A stretch of 64,000 nucleotides of DNA, taken from the NCBI GenBank assembly GCA_002633005.1, contig NMRA01000004.1:997793-1061792 (forward strand), read 5' to 3'. How positions within the stretch are numbered: position 1 is the first letter of the stretch; each line of letters begins with the position of its first letter. The notes beneath the pieces were generated by a model. It saw nothing but the letters and a program-made list of their open reading frames with translations. It made no database searches and was not told the origin of the DNA. Of the stretch, positions 61,256 through 64,000 are shown piece after piece. The DNA is from Phoronis australis. Lineage: Eukaryota; Animalia; Phoronida. Both the position numbers and the translations under genes were made by a program.

Positions 61256-64000
61256 CTGAAAGGAAGTGTCATCTATACCTGATTCGTACGACATTAAAAT
61301 TCAACACAGCGCCATAAGTTAAAGCCATGATTTTGAATTATGTTTTGAGTAAAACCTTTTGTGTTGTTTCTCTCAGATGAGAAAGCCTTATAGGACAGAG
61401 TAGACCGAGTGCATTGATTGTCTCAACGGGAAAATCCACCGTCATTCAACCTGGTTAAAACCAGTCTGAAGTTCACGATTTCGGTTTCACCTATTCGTGC
61501 TGGTGTGGGTCTTTGGAAATTATATTTTAATATGCATGTCGTGTTCGAAGTCGGTCGGACGTTACGCGCACGTTTTTTCTCATATGTGTTACGACACGAA
61601 TGGTTAATAATACCGATTACACCACAATATTAACCTCGAATGGCAGATACAACCGTGTAATAACCCATAAATTATCTCACTAGAGAGATAACATTTTGCC
61701 GGGAAACCGAGTCCGGATTCGAAACGGGACCTCAAGAGTTTGGTCGCCGACTTCACCACTACACCACGACTCAGCGGCTGACGTCATCGTGCGTGAAAAT
61801 AGAATACTTAAATGAGCATGCGCAACAATCGCATATTAAGAAAAGGGCATTGCACCGACATTGATACGCTATGAAAAATAAGACGCATAATTTACATAAA
61901 AACGATATTTTAATTCAGTGAAATTTTTCTTTCGTGTTCTCTCACTTGTAAATCACCGATCTCCAATTTGAATGCGGGTATCGTGTCGTCGGGATCCTTT
62001 GACTTGAGCATTATAGTCAGTTACTAGTGGTAACCTACTTTAGCAGACGATATTTTCCCGGCCGAAGCTTAGCGTGATAAAATATGTAGTAAGCTATAAT
62101 AGTTGCTAAACCTTAATTTATAGATTCACTTTATTTCTATTTTGTTTTATTTTAAAATTGATTTTGAGTAAAAGCAATTTTTATATTACGCATACATAGG
62201 CGAATCACAAAGTAGTGCAAAGTAGAAATCCATACAATGTACGCCTTATATTTTATCGTCTGCAAAACATTAATACCGGGGTTTTCCCATTGGCGTGTAT
62301 TGGTAAAGTGAAAATCTTCACACATTTCACTAACTTCAAATAAACATCCGGGCGTTTTTTTGGAAAGGGGGGGCGTGTAAACGGAAAGTCAGCCTCGGCT
62401 GATATGAGAATATCAGCGATTTTTCTGCATAAAACTGTGTTTTTTTAACTTTGAGTTAATAATAGTATAGTTCGCCAGCACTTTGTTCGTTTTCATGAAT
62501 GATAAATGCTCCACAAAACTGATTTTGTGGCTAGGAATTGACGCTAAGTGGGCTTTTAAGAGGACTTTTTCCGAATAAACGCCCGACTATCAAGACACTC
62601 GACATCAGAAGTTGCAAAACCAAATAATCGACCAAGGGCGTTTCATCGGGTGGGCTTATCTACGGAAAAGCCCGGTATCAACAATCAAACAATGCCGGAA
62701 TTCCGAGAAGCTGACAAGGTTTATATTATTGACAAATCGAGTGTTGCAAGAGTACGTACTCCCAGTCGGAAGGACAGGTAAACAACTCTTTAAACGGACG
62801 CATCTTCGGCGGATCCACGTTCATTCAAGCGGATACGAACCCTAATTCAAGAAACCACGCTGTGAGATTAGCTTGCGCGGTGCAGCACTGAAATAAGTGT
62901 GGGCTATAGACCCCCCCCCCCCCAAGCCCCCTGTGACCGCGCGCCGCCCATGCCGATGGGCAGCGCAGCACTGAAATGGGTTGTTGACGAAAGCTAAATG
63001 CAATTTACAACTGTTAAGTTTGAAATAAAATTATTAACAAAAAGTAGCTGGGTTTACTTTACTTTACGCAAGCGTGTTTTTACAAAAATTGCATCATGTA
63101 GTTGAAAGTTTTTCGGCAAAAAGATTGTTTTTACGGTTCATGTGAGAAATCAAATCCTACATTCGTCTCACAGGTTTGTGACTTGAGTAAAAGCTCTTGG
63201 AAATCCCTCAACAAGTCTTGGGATTTCGACATTTTCCAAGAGGTTTTGCCCATGTCATAAACATGAGACTCATGTATAGTGAAAATGGCAATGAATTTAA
63301 AGTCTGAGTGCCAAAACGCAATACTGGGAGGGCACGAGTTAAATGAAATGTGAAAGCTTTTTCAGGACGACAGTGGTAAAAGTCTATGCAATCTGCACGA
63401 TATCGTTAGAAGGAGCTCAGAGAGCAGGGTGACAACAAACTAAAACTTTAATGATAATTACGAACAGCGTTGCCCTTAGAAACCTGTTTGACGAAAAGTG
63501 ATTTAAAGAATGTATAAACTGCCTTCCGTCACTAAAACAACTTTGATTTAGACCACTTACTGTTAAGAAAAGGACCTTCAATCGAAGTAAATTTTAAGTG
63601 ATTCAAGGGCTTCAAAAGACTGGTAGCTCGTTAATAGTTGATACCTGCAGGCTCTACAACTTGGCTTTTCATGACGTATCACTCTATGCCCTGAGCATGG
63701 TCTCAAGGAATAACGAACTTGCAGCTCAGTCATTGTAAAATCCGCACATCACTCATCTGAGTGAGGAACAGGTAATCTAAACGTTCTTTTCTTGGACGTA
63801 ACGCGGGTGTAGAACCTCGCTGTGCCCGTCAGACATGTTGTCGATATACTCTGGATAAAGTTTTTCCAATGCTAGTGTTAGAGCATCATAGTGCAGCAAT
63901 AATGTTTACACATTATTTGAATGCTTAGCCATAATTATATAGAAATATTTTCAGAGACGTTACACTTTGGTCAAGGGAGATTAAGTTATTATGGGGAATA

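Noticed and set aside
63645-63771. Possible exon linked to the 61043-61255 exon
   Set aside because: Stop codon in the required minus-strand frame and in all three plus-strand frames.

Overview
Invertebrate metazoan genomic DNA (GT-AG introns, repeat-rich). All genes found lie on the minus strand. (1) An angiotensin-converting enzyme (ACE, peptidase M2) gene starts at 40624 and runs off the left edge; 10 exon positions splice in frame by hand. Its exon carrying the catalytic HEMGH zinc-binding motif is present as three diverged, intact 125-nt tandem copies (9778-9902, 7237-7361, 6165-6289). Only one can be included in frame, so this is a candidate mutually exclusive exon cassette that swaps the active-site helix. 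The copies differ at positions that separate the human ACE N- and C-domain specificities. (2) A complete 4-exon Nedx/lms-type homeobox gene (53526-46760). (3) A probable terminal exon of a third gene (61043-61255). Repeats include two TTAA-flanked THAP-bearing Kolobok-like elements (one nested in a decayed Hero-like non-LTR retrotransposon), Penelope-like remnants with degenerate hammerhead motifs, and several MITE families. Family assignments and human ACE numbering are from recall, not database searches.
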